Source of the DNA: Narcine bancroftii
Lineage: Eukaryota
DNA length: 64,000 bases
Assembly: GCF_036971445.1 (NCBI RefSeq)
Contig: NC_091480.1
Coordinates: 80,786,001-80,850,000, forward strand
Direction: 5' to 3'
Positions 25,858 through 38,349 of this stretch are shown here, piece after piece; positions within the stretch are counted from its first letter, which is position 1; every line of letters begins with the position of its first letter. The translations under genes were made by a program, and so were the position numbers. A model generated the notes under the pieces. That model saw nothing but the letters and a program-made list of their open reading frames with translations. It had not been told where the DNA came from and did not search any database.

Positions 25858-26099
25858 CTGAATTGAAGAGGAAAGGACAGCAAGCTGCTGAAGGTGTGCA
25901 CACTATCACTTAAAAGACACTAAATTCTAAATAAGTCAAGTCTGACAATTCAGCACACAATGAAAAAATTTGAAATAAATGGAAATTTATGATTGTTGGA
26001 AGACATTTAAAAGTAGAGTTGGAGCCAAATACAGGATGTTGCAACAGGAATCTGCCTTAACTAATGCATTGATTTTCAAGGTTATAATTTTATAAAATC

Positions 26100-26640
26100 G
26101 TAAATGGTTAAATCCCACTCGGTGAAAATGCCTTCTTAAGATTGTAATTGTACATGTCCTCTGGCAGCTTATCCCATATCTCAGAACTCTGAGAGAAAAC
26201 ATTGCCCATCAGATCCCTTTTAAATCTTTCCCCTCGAGTGCAGCTCTTCTCCTTTTTGATGCCTCTCATAATTTTATGAACCTCCTTAAGGTCACCCCTC
26301 AGCCTCCTATGCTCCAGAGAAAAAGGCACCGGCCTATCCAATTTTTGCTCATGACTCCAGCCCCCTGTCCCAGTCACATCGATGTGAACCTTTCTGTACC
26401 TTTTCCAGTTTAATGACATTTTTTCCTATAGCTAGGGAACCAGAACTGTGCATGTTCCTCCAAGGGTTGTCACACCATTGTCATGTAGAGCTGAAACATG
26501 ACACCCAAACTTTTATTCAAAGCCCTGACCAATGAAGGCAGTTATGCCAAATGACTTCATCACCCTGTCCACCTGTGTTACACTTTCAGGGAACAATATA
26601 CTTCTACCCCAGTGTCTCCCTGTTCTACATCTCTCTCCAG
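26100..26640 (-). mobile_element. CR1-like LINE 3' fragment
   Basis: FSLEHRRLRGDLKEVHKIMRG in ORF 26108-26419. Confidence 0.75.
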
Positions 26641-28342
26641 ACCCACATTAGACTCAAACTTGACTCTCTTTTGGCAACCCACAGAGGTCCACAAGTATAA
26701 ATTTAATATAGACTCCATAAAACAATCTACAGCCAGAAGGAGTGGAGATCATGGGGACATTTAGCTGGAGCTTCATTCCATTGCTGTGTAACTGCTACTG
26801 AACTCTCATTATTTTGATGAAATTGCCCTGCTTTTACTGACAGAAGATGTAGTTTGCTTTCTTAAGTAAGCTGTTTACTATTATAAACATATTTTATTAT
26901 TTACTTGTCTCTCAGCAAAATGCTGGTAGGTAATAATAATTTCAAAATTCTGATTAAAGTGTCTTGAGCAAAATTTTGTTGCCCTTTCATTAATTGGACT
27001 GGTGAGAATTTATGAGTCAAGCAGTGGAAGTGTGGAACTAGCTGCCTGCTGAAGTGGTGAATGTGGGCTCTGTTTTGACATTTAAGAAAAATCTGGGCAG
27101 ATACATGGATGGCAGGTCAGTGGCGCTATGCAGAATAATAGTTTGGCATTGACTGAAAGGGCTTGTTTGGTCCATATCTTCACATTCTTTTCTACAAGGT
27201 AACCTTGTTTAGAGGGAGGGGTAGATTAAATTTAGTTTTAGGTACTTTTGTTTCTTTAGATTAACTTGATAAATATGGGTTTAATTATGGTTGTCATTAG
27301 ATCATATTAAATTAGACAGAATTTACCCTTTGTTTACTTGCTTCTATCCAGAATTATTTTTAAGAAATATTGTTAAATGAACAAACGTGGATAGGTTCTC
27401 AATTTACATTGAAACTAATGTGTTATGACCTGTTGTTCTATTAAAGGACTTTGTGGGATTTATATGTTAAACTCGGTACAAATAGTCTAAAAATAAAAGA
27501 ATAATATTGCCAAGAAGAGTAATGAGCCCTGGGATGGAAGGAAGTTAATAAACCAGGAAGGAACATGACCAAAAATTATTGAAAAGGGAGAAAAAAGAAT
27601 GAGAGTAAACCAGCATGAAAGATCCTAGGTGCCCACCAAAAATAATCTCGACGTCCTTGAGATAAATAATCTTACCAAAGTATCAGAGAGGTAAAAAGAC
27701 CTAATATGAAATGTGATAGACATTGGAACTCTGAAATAAGAAAGAAAATTGTGGCTATCAGGTTAACTAGCATCTTTAATTGTTCGTGTGAAATATATGA
27801 TCTCTATCCATATCCAAGTTGGGGGTGCGCCCTAAAGCCCTTCTCCGTCTTCCTCACAGTTCACGCAACTTGATACCGCCTCTTGGAGAAATTTTACTTG
27901 AACTGCCTCATCCCACCTGCCCTTACTTCAGAGGAGAGAGTTCATCGGCGGATTCTCTGTGCAGAACCAGCCGCAACTGCAAAAAAAGATTCAGCAACGC
28001 GCCCAATTCCGAACGGTAAACGAGCCGGCGCCCTCCTTGGTTTCTCAACTCCCTCACCCCCCCCCCTCCCCCTCCGAGGGCGGGCAAGGAACGGCCGAGG
28101 TTTACCCCGGCAATAAACGTAGCCAGAACCCGCTGGAGGGTGCAGTGCTTTCTGGTTTTATTTCAAGTTTGCATCGTCTGCATTATAAACCAAGTTCTCG
28201 CAGCCTTCAGGGAAGCCCCAGGATGTCTCCCCCTCGGACCATCCGGGAGCTCGCAAGGAGCACCGTCACATGGGGTAGAGGGCGCGGGACGCCAGGATCG
28301 GGATCGGGTTGGGTCAGCTTCCGCCCCACCGGCCCGGTTTAC

Positions 28343-28960
28343 CTTGCTGTGCAGGGTCGTGGCACTGGCGTCACTCCGCTGTTCGTGCATCGGTGCGATC
28401 AACGTCCACTGATTCGTCTCAGGCTCGTACTTCTCGGCCGTATTGAGCCGCACGTAGCCGTCGAATCCTCCCATGGCGTAAATGAAACAGTCGAGGACGG
28501 TGACACTGACATAGCAGCGCCGCGAATGCATGGGGGCCACCTGCTGCCACCCCTTCTTCACCGGGTCAAAGCGCTTGACGCTATTGAAATAATCCACGCT
28601 GTCGAAGCCACCGATGATGTAGACGAACCCATTGAGGTAGGCGGCTCCGTGGTAAGCCCGGGGGCTCTCCGCCTCGCAGGTTACATTGACCCAGCGGTCG
28701 GCGCGGGCATCGTAAGCTTCTATAGCGTTGGTGGGGCTGCCCCCGCTCCAGCCGCCGATGGCGAACAGGATGGAGAAGGGCAGCCGGGGTCTGGTCAACG
28801 GGTTGCGGAAGTCCGAGTTGGATGGCCCGTTCATGTTGAGGTCGTACATGGCCTTGAGCGCGTTAATGATGATGGGTTTGCAGTCATCGTTGTCCTTCAC
28901 GTAGTCATTGTTCTTTACGTTGTTCATGAAGTATTCCGCGTTCATTTGGGCTAGTCTCAC
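28343..28960 (-). CDS. KLHL10: Kelch-like protein 10, exon 3
   Basis: ctgcag|VRLAQMNAEYFMNNVK...AIGGWSGGSPTNAIEAYD...SDASATTLHSK|gtaaac; 618 nt. Confidence 0.97.
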
Positions 28961-29904
28961 CTGCAGTGGGAATGATAATCGCTTCAGTCAATTCCCAACG
29001 TAAACCCGTACGATCAGAATGATTAGCACCACATATAAAATGGTCCAAGTACTGAACTGTCCGTCCTATGTAGAATCAAAGAACTTGGGCAACAGGGACC
29101 AGATTTAATTTGTGCGAACCCTCCCTACTATTGGGAATGGTGAAGGTGCCCTCCATGGCCCTGGGCTGGAAATTGAGAGGTTATTGTCATATACCTAAAT
29201 ATAATGTATAGACGCGCCGAAATTCTTACTCGCTCCCGTCACACAGGAATGCGACAGATCCACAGTGGTGTACATCACGACAAAATGCCAAGACATAAAA
29301 GGGGGTAATAAATACCAAAAATATAAATAAATAAATATTCACATTGCCGTTCATGCAAGAAAAAGTGACTGCAGTCTTGGTGGTCCCGGAGTAATGGCTG
29401 GGGTAGGTACAGGAGCTTGATAACTGTTGGAGAAAACAACGTTCTTAAACCTAGAGGTGCTGGGTTTCAGGCTTTGGGAATAGTGAGGAATGGACGAGGG
29501 TCGGCGTGTGTTCGCCTGGCCGTTCCTGGCGGAGGGTAGCCGGGGACTTGTCTCGGCTATAGCCAACCACCTTCTCCGAACACTCACCATCGTCTGCCGG
29601 GGTAACGGGCCATACCCCGTGGGTGAGCCAGCACCTTTGGGAGAGAAGGGGAGAAATTGATGTGTCAATCCAAGAACGTGGTGACTGGACAGGAAGAGAG
29701 AATTGGACGTGCTGCAAGCTCCCTCTCCACCAAATGTAGGTGCGAACTTTGGGCGGTGGAACAGTCTAACCATGTGCAATTTAAGTGAGAACACCTCAGT
29801 GGGAAAGGATTTTGCCGCCGCTCCATCACGTCTTCTCAACCCCTCTCTACTACAGTAAAAGTATTCAACGCTACTAATGAAAATACATGTAGCTCATAAT
29901 GTAC

Positions 29905-30394
29905 CTTAGGCAGCAGTATGACAATGGACTTTTTCCTGATGTCTGGGTCTTGGGCAATCCACTTCAGAATTGCATCGAACACTATATCTTCTTGTTTGAC
30001 ATTCAACTCATCCTTCTCAATGATGTCTCCGAGCTCAAAGGCTGGCAGCTCAAGGAACTCTTCACTCACCTTCACAATCTCCTCGAAGTGGTGCAGAATA
30101 TACATGTAGGCTTTATGTCGGAGCTCTGGGCAGAAGTAACAATCTGCAAATTTGCAGATCCCAATACAGTTTTCCAGGCATAACTGGGATTCAAGAAATT
30201 CACAACATGCTCGGACAATCCCCAGAACGTTGAATTGATCGGCTGCAGACAGTAGCCGCTCCACATTCTCCACCGCGACTGGTACTGTCCGCGTGTATGC
30301 ATATTCGATAATGAGCTTCATCATGTCGGGTGACACTCCTGGAATGTTGTATACCTTCTTTTCTATACTATTCCAGCCACTGGTAAAAAGAGCG
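29905..30394 (-). CDS. KLHL10: Kelch-like protein 10, exon 2 (BTB/BACK)
   Basis: catag|C ALFTSGWNSIEKKVYNIPG...VILLPK|gtacat; 490 nt. Confidence 0.96.
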
Positions 30395-30719
30395 CTATGG
30401 AGCAAAGGAAACATGAGCATTAAGCATTAATCTCTAGCTAAACACTCCATTTCATTTTGCCCAGGTCTAAACTGGCCCACACGAAGGTGTTTTCTCGCAA
30501 GCACCTTTCAAAGGAGCTGAAGTAAATATTAAAACGAGAGATTCCTACTCCCTCAACTGGTCTTTGGGTTTTAGCCGCATGTTCTCAATCTTATTTAATC
30601 CAATTTTCTTGTCCTGCCATCCTATCAGCGGTCCACTATTCATGTAAAAACCAGCTCCACTCTGCACTCTCCTTTTCCATTACTTATTACTTCAAACAAT
30701 TTCCAAATTGTCAAATAAA

Positions 30720-31300
30720 ATCTGGCATTGCAATGCCTCTACTTCCTCAGGAGTTTGCGGAGGTTTGGTACGACATCGGAAACACTGGCAAATTTCTACG
30801 GGCGTGTGGTGGAAAGTTTGCTGACCGGCTGTATCATGGTCTGGTATGGGGACACCAATACCCCTGAGCTTAAAGCTCTGCAAAAGGTAGTGGACACAGC
30901 CCAGTATATCACAGGCAAAACCCTCCCCACAATCGAAAACATCTACAGGGAACACTAACCGTAGGAGAGCAGCAGCAATCGTCAAGGATCCACATCACCC
31001 AGGACAATCTCTGTTCTCGCTGCTGCCATCAGGAAAGAGGTAGAGGTGCCACAAGATTCACACCACTAGGTTCAGGAACAGCTGCTCCCCCTCCACCATC
31101 AGACTCCTCAACAACAAACTCAATCAGGGACTCGTTTAAGGACTCTTACAGGTACTCTCCATATTATTGTTTTTTTTCTCTGTTGCACAATCAGTTTGTT
31201 TACAGTTTTTTTGCACTACCATTAAGTGGTAATTCTGCCTAGCCCACAGGAAAAAGAATCTCAGGGTTGTATGTGATGTCATTTATGTTCTGACAATAGC
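30720..31300 (+). mobile_element. Rex1/Babar-like LINE 3' end
   Basis: QCLYFLRSLRRFG..FYGRVVESLLTGCIMVWYG..LQKVVDTAQYITG followed by the 3' UTR. Confidence 0.8.
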
Positions 31301-32176
31301 ATTTGAAATATGAAATATTGGATTAAAGCTTAAAGAAGGATCTGAATGGATGGTGGGGTCGTTGGCAGGCTGATGGACTTCGGGCAGATGGAAGCACGGC
31401 CATCGAAGATTGCTGAAATAAAACCAAATCTCAGAGTCATTGAGGTTGTAGAGGTCAGGAAAGATGAGAATATGAATACATAACTAAGGGTTCACGGTCA
31501 TGTGAATTTGCTGCGAGTTAATTCAGGGTAACGAGTTCGGGTGGTCTTTTTTATAGAAGAGGCTAGTGTGAAGAGCGTCGTCTGTAGAGCGAAAAAAGCT
31601 CGTCCAGGTGGTAGTGTTGCTGATGGGAAAGAGATGGGATAAGCTCGCCGAGGATCATGACGTTTCAATCTGATTCTCTGTCTAGGACAGGGACTCTCGG
31701 CCATGCTGGGTGAAGATTTGGATGATCTCTGTTAAATTGGAGCACTGCTAGTGATCTGGTGGCAAAGCAACTTGGCCAATGAAAAGTGGAGAGAAGCGTT
31801 GGCAAGTGTGTATTTTAGCAGGGGCTAGGGCAGGTGCTTAGCCACTCCCTGTATGGGCGGAGGAATGAAATTGGAACCAACAGGAGATGCTCATCGCCCA
31901 CTTTCTTTTTGCAATTAAAAAAAGGTGAATGTGGTATTTCAGTGAAGTTATGACACCATTTGTTCAGATTAGTACCTGTTTGATTAGACCCTGCGGTCTA
32001 AGTTACAAAACTTGTAACATATTAATTTGATGAAAAGTGAATGTTCTAATTTTCATTTTATTACTTGAATTTGTTGAACTCTGAATAATTCTGGGTTGAA
32101 TTATCTCTCAACACCTCTGCTTCGGTTCGCCGATTGAGACAGGGAATGGGGAAGCCTAAATGCTGCATTTACTGAC

Positions 32177-32367
32177 CGAAAGTAGGAGCTGCAGCTACAC
32201 AATATGTTCTTATGGGCGTTGAAGTCGATGCCATTGACCCTGATGACCACGTCGCAGAGTTTTCCTTCAAGCCGAAGTTCATTGAAGATCGTACAAGCCA
32301 TGGCGCTCATCTTCCTCTCCATGGCGTTCTGTCTTAACTGCCGTGTTGAAGTTGAGGCTTCCTCCAT
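32177..32367 (-). CDS. KLHL10: Kelch-like protein 10, exon 1
   Basis: MEEAST..MERKMSAMACTIFNELRLEGKLCDVVI..AHKNILCSCSSYF CG|gtcagt; spliced total 1827 nt, 608 aa. Confidence 0.95.
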
Positions 32368-33619
32368 ACCTTAGGACCGAGGGGCTTTCCCCAACGAATT
32401 TGGGTAGATGTGTTTAGAGGACAGTGCGTGAGTTGGTTGTCACGATTTGTGTTTTCAGAACTCAAGGTTCCAGAACGCATGCAATTGTAACATCACTAAG
32501 GCGAAAGTTCCCGTCATATTTGGTGGCATGGACAATCAGACATGTCATCAATATAATGACTGGTCATTCAGCATCGACTAGGCCCCAAGTCAGCGCTGTT
32601 ACCCGCTCACATCCTCCATCGGATCCCGCCGACTAACTCCCTCTCCCATCAATCCACATCACCGATTCGTGGCTTGAATATAAATAATGTTAACCTTACG
32701 ACGTAAGCACTGAGCTAAAATGACATAACATAACACTTGTGTTATGCAAGGTGACCAATAACTTAAATGCCCTGGGGGAAAAAAGTCAGGAATTGTACCT
32801 TGTGTACGGCCAAGCGGCAAAGAATAGTCCCGTTAAAAGTACTCCTCTAAATCCCAACTGTCACGATATTTTCCGCAGTTCTCTGTCCATTGGATTTGAG
32901 TGCCGACAATGGAAAAGAGCAAAAGGTTTGAAGTCTAGTCTGATGTATTGAGTTGTACATAACATGTGGATTGTGTCACAACGGTCTGTAACACCGTGTT
33001 CGGCACTGGCACACGGAAGTTGGAAAGTTTAATCCAGTGATATGAATTTGAATGTCACACTGCAGCTGGGTGAATTTGAATTCTGGTAATCAAAAAAATG
33101 TATTTATTTAAAAAATTAAAACAGTGGCCAGATTGTTGTTAGAAACTCACCTCATTCATTAATGTTATTAGCTGGAGGACATCCGCAACCTCTGTGATTG
33201 CAGTTCTATCCATCAATCATGGATGTTCCATGATGAACATCCATGGAATTAACTGTGAAGCCTTGTGGACCTGAATAGGAATGGACGAAAATACTGAGGA
33301 ACGGTGCAATGAGGTTCCTCTCTTCGGAAAGGATAAACAGTATAGTGCAGGTGTTGATCTACCTTCAAACAAGAGGTGCACCCTCTGGTGTGACTGAGAG
33401 GTGGTAACCACCACTGCATTTCCACAACCATTGCTGATACTGTTCACTCCAAAACGATCTAGACACTTCCAGCATTCTATTCGATCTTCTTTCAGATTCA
33501 AGATTTCTTTACCGTCATGTAATACTACAGAACATGTAATATTATTCGAGATTACCTTCTACCTGCAGAAAGAAGGAGAAAGAGTAGTCATTAATGTTTC
33601 CCGGCACCCCTTACCCTCA

Positions 33620-33945
33620 GGGAGAAAGTGAAGCGAAAGAGAGTCCCTTTAGAGTCACTTGGATGTCCGTGGATTCGCCTCCAGCGCTCCTGCAGACTCC
33701 TGTTTGATCCATAGGCAACCCGAGCTCCAAATCCAACACCCGACATGATCAGGAAGCCTTCAGTATCCGAAGCCTTTCGGGAGCCCTTCTTGCCTTCAGC
33801 AGCTTCACGAATCCCGGTTCTGATACCTGGTTTCCATGAGCCAGTCTTCAGCAACCCGCAGTCCCCTGACCGCAATCTACATGGGTTCCACAGTCCCTCA
33901 ACCGCTGAGCCCCTCACTGGACTGCTGCCGTGGTCATCCAACCCC
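33620..33945. repeat. Interspersed repeat, unclassified (copy 2)
   Basis: Colinear similarity to 3950-4295. Confidence 0.55.
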
Positions 33946-34079
33946 CAAATTTCCTCATCCAATCTTCTGCATTTATCTTGATATTAATTTTAGTCCTTAA
34001 TTCAAAATTCCTGACTCAATGCACTTGTGGGAATACATTTTTGTTCTATTATCCCTGTGCCAAAATTATACAATGACAT

Positions 34080-34740
34080 GAAAGTGAGTGGGGGGTTGCT
34101 AGAGTTTACAAAGGGATATTGATAGGATGCAGAGCTGGGCTGAGAAGTATCAGATGGAGTTTAACCCAGAAAATCATAGTGGTTCACTTCGGCAGATCAA
34201 ATTTGAAAGCAGAATATAATTTTAATGAGAGAATTCTGAGCAGTGTGGAGGAACTGAGAAATGTTGGGATCCGTGTCCATAGGACACTCAAAGCTGCTGC
34301 TGTCCAGGTTGATCGTGTTGTTCAGAAGGCGTATGGAATGTTGGCCTTCATTAATCATGGGATCGAGTTCTACATTGTAGCAATTTTGCGTCTGTGACGC
34401 TGCTGCAAAACAATACATTTCGTGACGTGTTCATGACATTAAATTCTGATTCTGAGGAAATGTTGCAACTAGTTAAGACCTTGGTTAGACCCCACTTGGA
34501 ATATTGTGTTCCGCTCTGGCCACCACATTATAGGAAAGATGTGGATGGTATGGATGCAGAGAAGATTTACCTGGATTGGAGAGCATGCCTCATGAGGATA
34601 GGTTGAGTGAACTTGGTCTTTCCTCCTTGGAGTGACGGAGGATAAAGGTGACCTGATAGAGGTATACAAGATGATGAGAGACGTTGATTGTGTGGGTGGC
34701 CAGAGGTTTTATCCCAGGGCTGAAATGGCCAACACAAAGG
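34080..34740 (+). mobile_element. CR1-like LINE fragment
   Basis: KTLVRPHLEYCV..WPPHYRKD and QVDRVVQKAYGMLAFI motifs. Confidence 0.8.
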
Positions 34741-34767
34741 GCTATTAGCAATTAGGTGCGATTAAAA

Positions 34768-34890
34768 CAGAGGTTTTCAAACTTTTTCTTTCCACCCACA
34801 TACCACCTGCAGCAATCCCTTACTAATCACAGAGCACCTATGGCATAGGGAATACTTAAAGTGGTATGTGAATGGAAAGAAAAAGGTTCT
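34768..34890. mobile_element. hAT-type MITE (family of 6682-7056)
   Basis: cagaggttttcaaactttttctttccac..aatcccttactaatcacagagcac..atgtgaatggaaagaaaaaggtt. Confidence 0.7.
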
Positions 34891-35239
34891 AGGCAGTTTG
34901 CGATAGATCACGATCACACAGGCAATAAGAGATGATAATAACTCCTGGCTTTAACAGTCGCATCCCAAGATTGAATTGTTACATAATCTGCAAATGGATC
35001 GGAAGATAATTGTTTAACCTTCACTTTAATTGATCTTTACATGGATTGAGGGATTAAACGACTTGAACAAGTTTTTGAATTTGCCTGGTGTCCTGTTCAA
35101 CTATCATTTACAAACATTGAACAACTGTTTCTGTTTTTCCCATAAATTTACAGTAACTGCACAAAGGCCCTAAATAGTTTGATGATGTTTTTGGAATTAA
35201 GAATATTGAATATCCCTGTATCAACATTTTTCATCTAAA

Positions 35240-35800
35240 CACATGGGGCTGGGGAGGAGGAAGTTTGGTGAAAGATTTGAAGAAGGGGGCTTGGGAATGA
35301 GGGGATTGGGGAAAGGAGCTGGAGAAGAGGTGGTTGGGGAAAGGGGCTGCGGAGGGTGTGCTTTGCCTCCACCCGCTCCTCCCCATCCTGCGCCACGACG
35401 CTCACTCGGTTCCCATGTGCACAGTGGACGCGGACGGTGCAGCGTTTCGGTGTGAGGCGGCGAGATGGTGAGTGAACGGCGCCGGCTGGGATGTCAGCCG
35501 AAATCTGGCGACGCGAACTGTTCTCTGCACCCACTACCCCCTGGCTCCCGGGTCCGGCTGGTGCCCGCTCCCCTCTGGGTCTGGACGCCTCAGACCGAGC
35601 AGAGGACACGTTCCCTGCGCCCGACGTTTAAGGCCATTCTTCAGTGTCGCAGTTCCGATGCGCTCAAAAAAATTCCTCATTTTAACCCATCCGACAGAAA
35701 CCAGTAGAATTCCCAGACTGCCGAGGAGCGCCGCCCAGACGGAGGGGCAGTGGTGAGGGAGCGTCGCGCTTGGCGGGAGATGTGCTGAGGGAGCTTTGTT
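35240..35800 (+). promoter_or_regulatory. CpG island / NT5C3B promoter, head-to-head with KLHL10
   Basis: High CpG density 35350-35790 against a CpG-poor background; G-rich tract 35244-35360; contains a consensus donor. Confidence 0.7.
35465..35467 (+). CDS. NT5C3B: NT5C3B exon 1 coding part (initiator ATG only)
   Basis: gcgagATG|gtgagt: G at -3 and a consensus donor; phase 0 fits exon 2, giving M-IPELQKS. Confidence 0.6.
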
Positions 35801-36256
35801 GTGGGGGGGCGGGGGGTGTCACCTTTTGGGAAAGGTACCTTGCCGTTTATCTGAAGGTCAAGAGCTGCTCTTGTGGCACCAACATCATCAGGACAGGAGA
35901 TGAGCGGGTGGACCTTGGCGTGGGTGAAATGTTTTCCTTTGATTAGTTTTATTACCTTGACTGTCACAGAACCTCAGATGGCGATTGAAAACCAGCTCAT
36001 CCCTGGGACTGCAGGAATCAGTTAAAGCTCCCTGTGTGTCTGCAGTTATAAATACCTACATGTACAATGTGCTCCATAAGCAAGTGATGACCTTGTGATA
36101 TAATTAATCAGTGGGCTCTGGCACTGCAACAGCTGTGTTTTTGCACCATCCTGACGTCTTGGCTGGTAATGCCTGTGTGTCGATGATGGAGAGTTGGGGG
36201 AGGGGTAGTCTGGAGAAACAATGGAGCCAATGAGCGTTAGATGCTTGCTGGTTCCT

Positions 36257-36306
36257 AAGAGATTACTTAAGGTAGTATGTGAATAAAAAAAGGTTGAGGA
36301 CCACTG
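36257..36306. mobile_element. hAT MITE half-copy
   Basis: gattacttaaggtagtatgtgaata..ggttgaggaccactgg. Confidence 0.65.
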
Positions 36307-36599
36307 GGTTAAACCCTAGAGGAGCATTGAAGTAAAGACTGAAGTGTTACTGGTGTAGCCTGAACCTGGGTACGGTGTGGGATTCCTGCAATGAAATCTG
36401 TCTCTGACATACCTCTGGTTTAATCCTGAGGCTTGGTGATGGAGGAGAGGGTAACTGAGGAATTCTTTGCTGAGGTAGAGCTGCACCCAGGGCTCTGATC
36501 ATTTTGGTTTGTTAAATTAGAGAACTTTATGTTATTGTCCCCTCTCACCTTTTAGTTTTAGACTCCCTACCCTGGGAAAAAGTCTTTGACTATCTACCC

Positions 36600-36670
36600 C
36601 AGTGGTTCTCAACCTTTTTTCCCTATTCACATACTACCTTAAGTAATCCCTTACTAACCACCTGTGGCAT
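36600..36670. mobile_element. hAT MITE half-copy, inverted relative to 36257-36306
   Basis: cagtggttctcaacc..tattcacatactaccttaagtaatccc. Confidence 0.65.
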
Positions 36671-37086
36671 CCTATACCTCTCTAAGGTCACCCCTCAGCC
36701 TCCTCTGCTCCAGAGAAATCTCATCCAGTCTTAGATCTTAACTCAAGTCCTCCAGTCCAGACAACATCCTTGTTGTGAATCTTTTTGCATTCTTTGGCTT
36801 AAACTCCTCCTTTTCATAACGTGATGGCCAGAACTGCACACAATACTCTCAGTGAGGTTGAATTGATGTTTTATTCAAATGTATCATGACATTCCCATCC
36901 AATGTGTACAGTGTATGACTGATGGAAACCAGCGTGGCCTCCACCATTTATGTCTATCAATGTTGCCCCTTTAAGGGACAATGTGCTATGTTTCTCTGCT
37001 CAGCAAGATTTCCCACGCCCTGCCATTCCTTATCTTAGTTGAATTCCATTTCCCATTCCTCTGTGACTTTCCCAGTTGATCTGGAT

Positions 37087-37165
37087 CAGTTGTTCTCAAC
37101 CATTTTTTCCCACTCACATACCAGTTTAAGTAATTCCTTGCTAACCACAGAATATCTATGGCATC
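37087..37165. mobile_element. hAT MITE half-copy
   Basis: cagttgttctcaacc..cccactcacatacca.tttaagtaattccttgctaaccacag. Confidence 0.6.
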
Positions 37166-37579
37166 CTATCTGGATCCTACACAACCTTCATCAATGTCTA
37201 TCCTACTACCCCTGATTGTACTGTCATCTGATTGCTTAGCTTGTTCTTACCCATGTTGTGCAATGTGTTTCATGTACAAATTAGGAGATTGCAGATGCTG
37301 GAAATCGGAGATAAAACCAAAAAAAAAACCAGGAAACTCTCATCAGATCAGCCAGCATATGTCAGAACTAAGGCATCTCTCTCCACTTCTTTTCTGTTTT
37401 TATTTAATGTTTTCCTGCTCTCTGTTGATTTCTATTTTAGGTGTTTCCTGTTCAAAATTGATGTTCACCATGTTGACTATTTTACTTTCCAAGTTCCATT
37501 CTCAACTGTTCACCAGCTGTTCTCCAATATATTAACTTAGTTTTCATCACATTTATGTCCTTCCATTTTTACCTCAAAC

Positions 37580-37714
37580 CAGTGGTTTGCAACCTTTTTC
37601 TTTCCACTCACATGCCACCTTAAGTAATCCCTTGTCATCGGTCCTCTGTGGTTAGTAAGGGATTACTTAAAGTGATATGTGGGTGGAAAGAAAAAAAAAA
37701 GTTGAGAACCTCTG
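37580..37714. mobile_element. hAT MITE, palindromic monomer
   Basis: cagtggtttgcaacc...gttgagaacctctg; flanks cctcaaac/ccttaaaa resemble a decayed 8-bp TSD. Confidence 0.7.
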
Positions 37715-38349
37715 CCTTAAAACATCTTATATTGGTGCACAGGCTCATTAAAAATTTAAGAAAAACTATAGATGCAAAAACAGCTGAAAAGACACAGCCG
37801 GTCAATCAGCATCTGTGAAAAAATAAATAGTTAATATTTCAGGTTTGGGACCCTACTTCTGGGCTTCCTCATGTTCACATGCACTGTAACGTTTCATCTC
37901 ACATAAAACCCGTCAGCTTGGAAATGGAGCAGCTGCTGGATTTACTGTACCAGATCAATGATGCACACCTGTTATAGAATCATGGTGCCATACAGCATGG
38001 AAACAGACCCTTCGACCAGGCATGTTAATGTTAACCAGAGGTGCCTTGTGAGCTGGTCCCATTGCCTTTTAATCTTTTCTATCCTTGTAATTGCCTAAAT
38101 GCCTTTTAATCATTGTACTTGTTCCTGCCTCTACTACTTCCTATGGCAGCTCTTTCAACACACCCACCAACCTCTTGTGTGAGAAAATCATGCTTTTTGT
38201 ATACATCGATGAGATCGCCCCTCAGCCTCCTACACTCCCAGCCTATCCAGTCTCTCTTTATAATTTGAGCCCTCCAATCCCAGCAATATCTGTGTGTGTC
38301 CTTCGTCCAACCACTTAATCACCTCCTTTCCATCGTACATCAATCAGAA

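Noticed and set aside
27959-28954. 331-aa + strand ORF as a new gene
   Set aside because: Mostly the antisense shadow of high-GC KLHL10 exon 3; non-ATG start and no recognisable domain. Kept only as a sign of the CpG island.
32500-32730. CREM/RFX-like testis promoter motifs upstream of KLHL10
   Set aside because: Only weak partial matches (gtggcatggacaa, ttacgacgtaa), not distinguishable from chance by eye.
35658-35756. Alternative NT5C3B first coding exon MRSKKFLILTHP...
   Set aside because: The donor near 35753 is phase 2 for this ATG and does not fit phase-0 exon 2; no homology recognised. It could still be a non-coding alternative exon.
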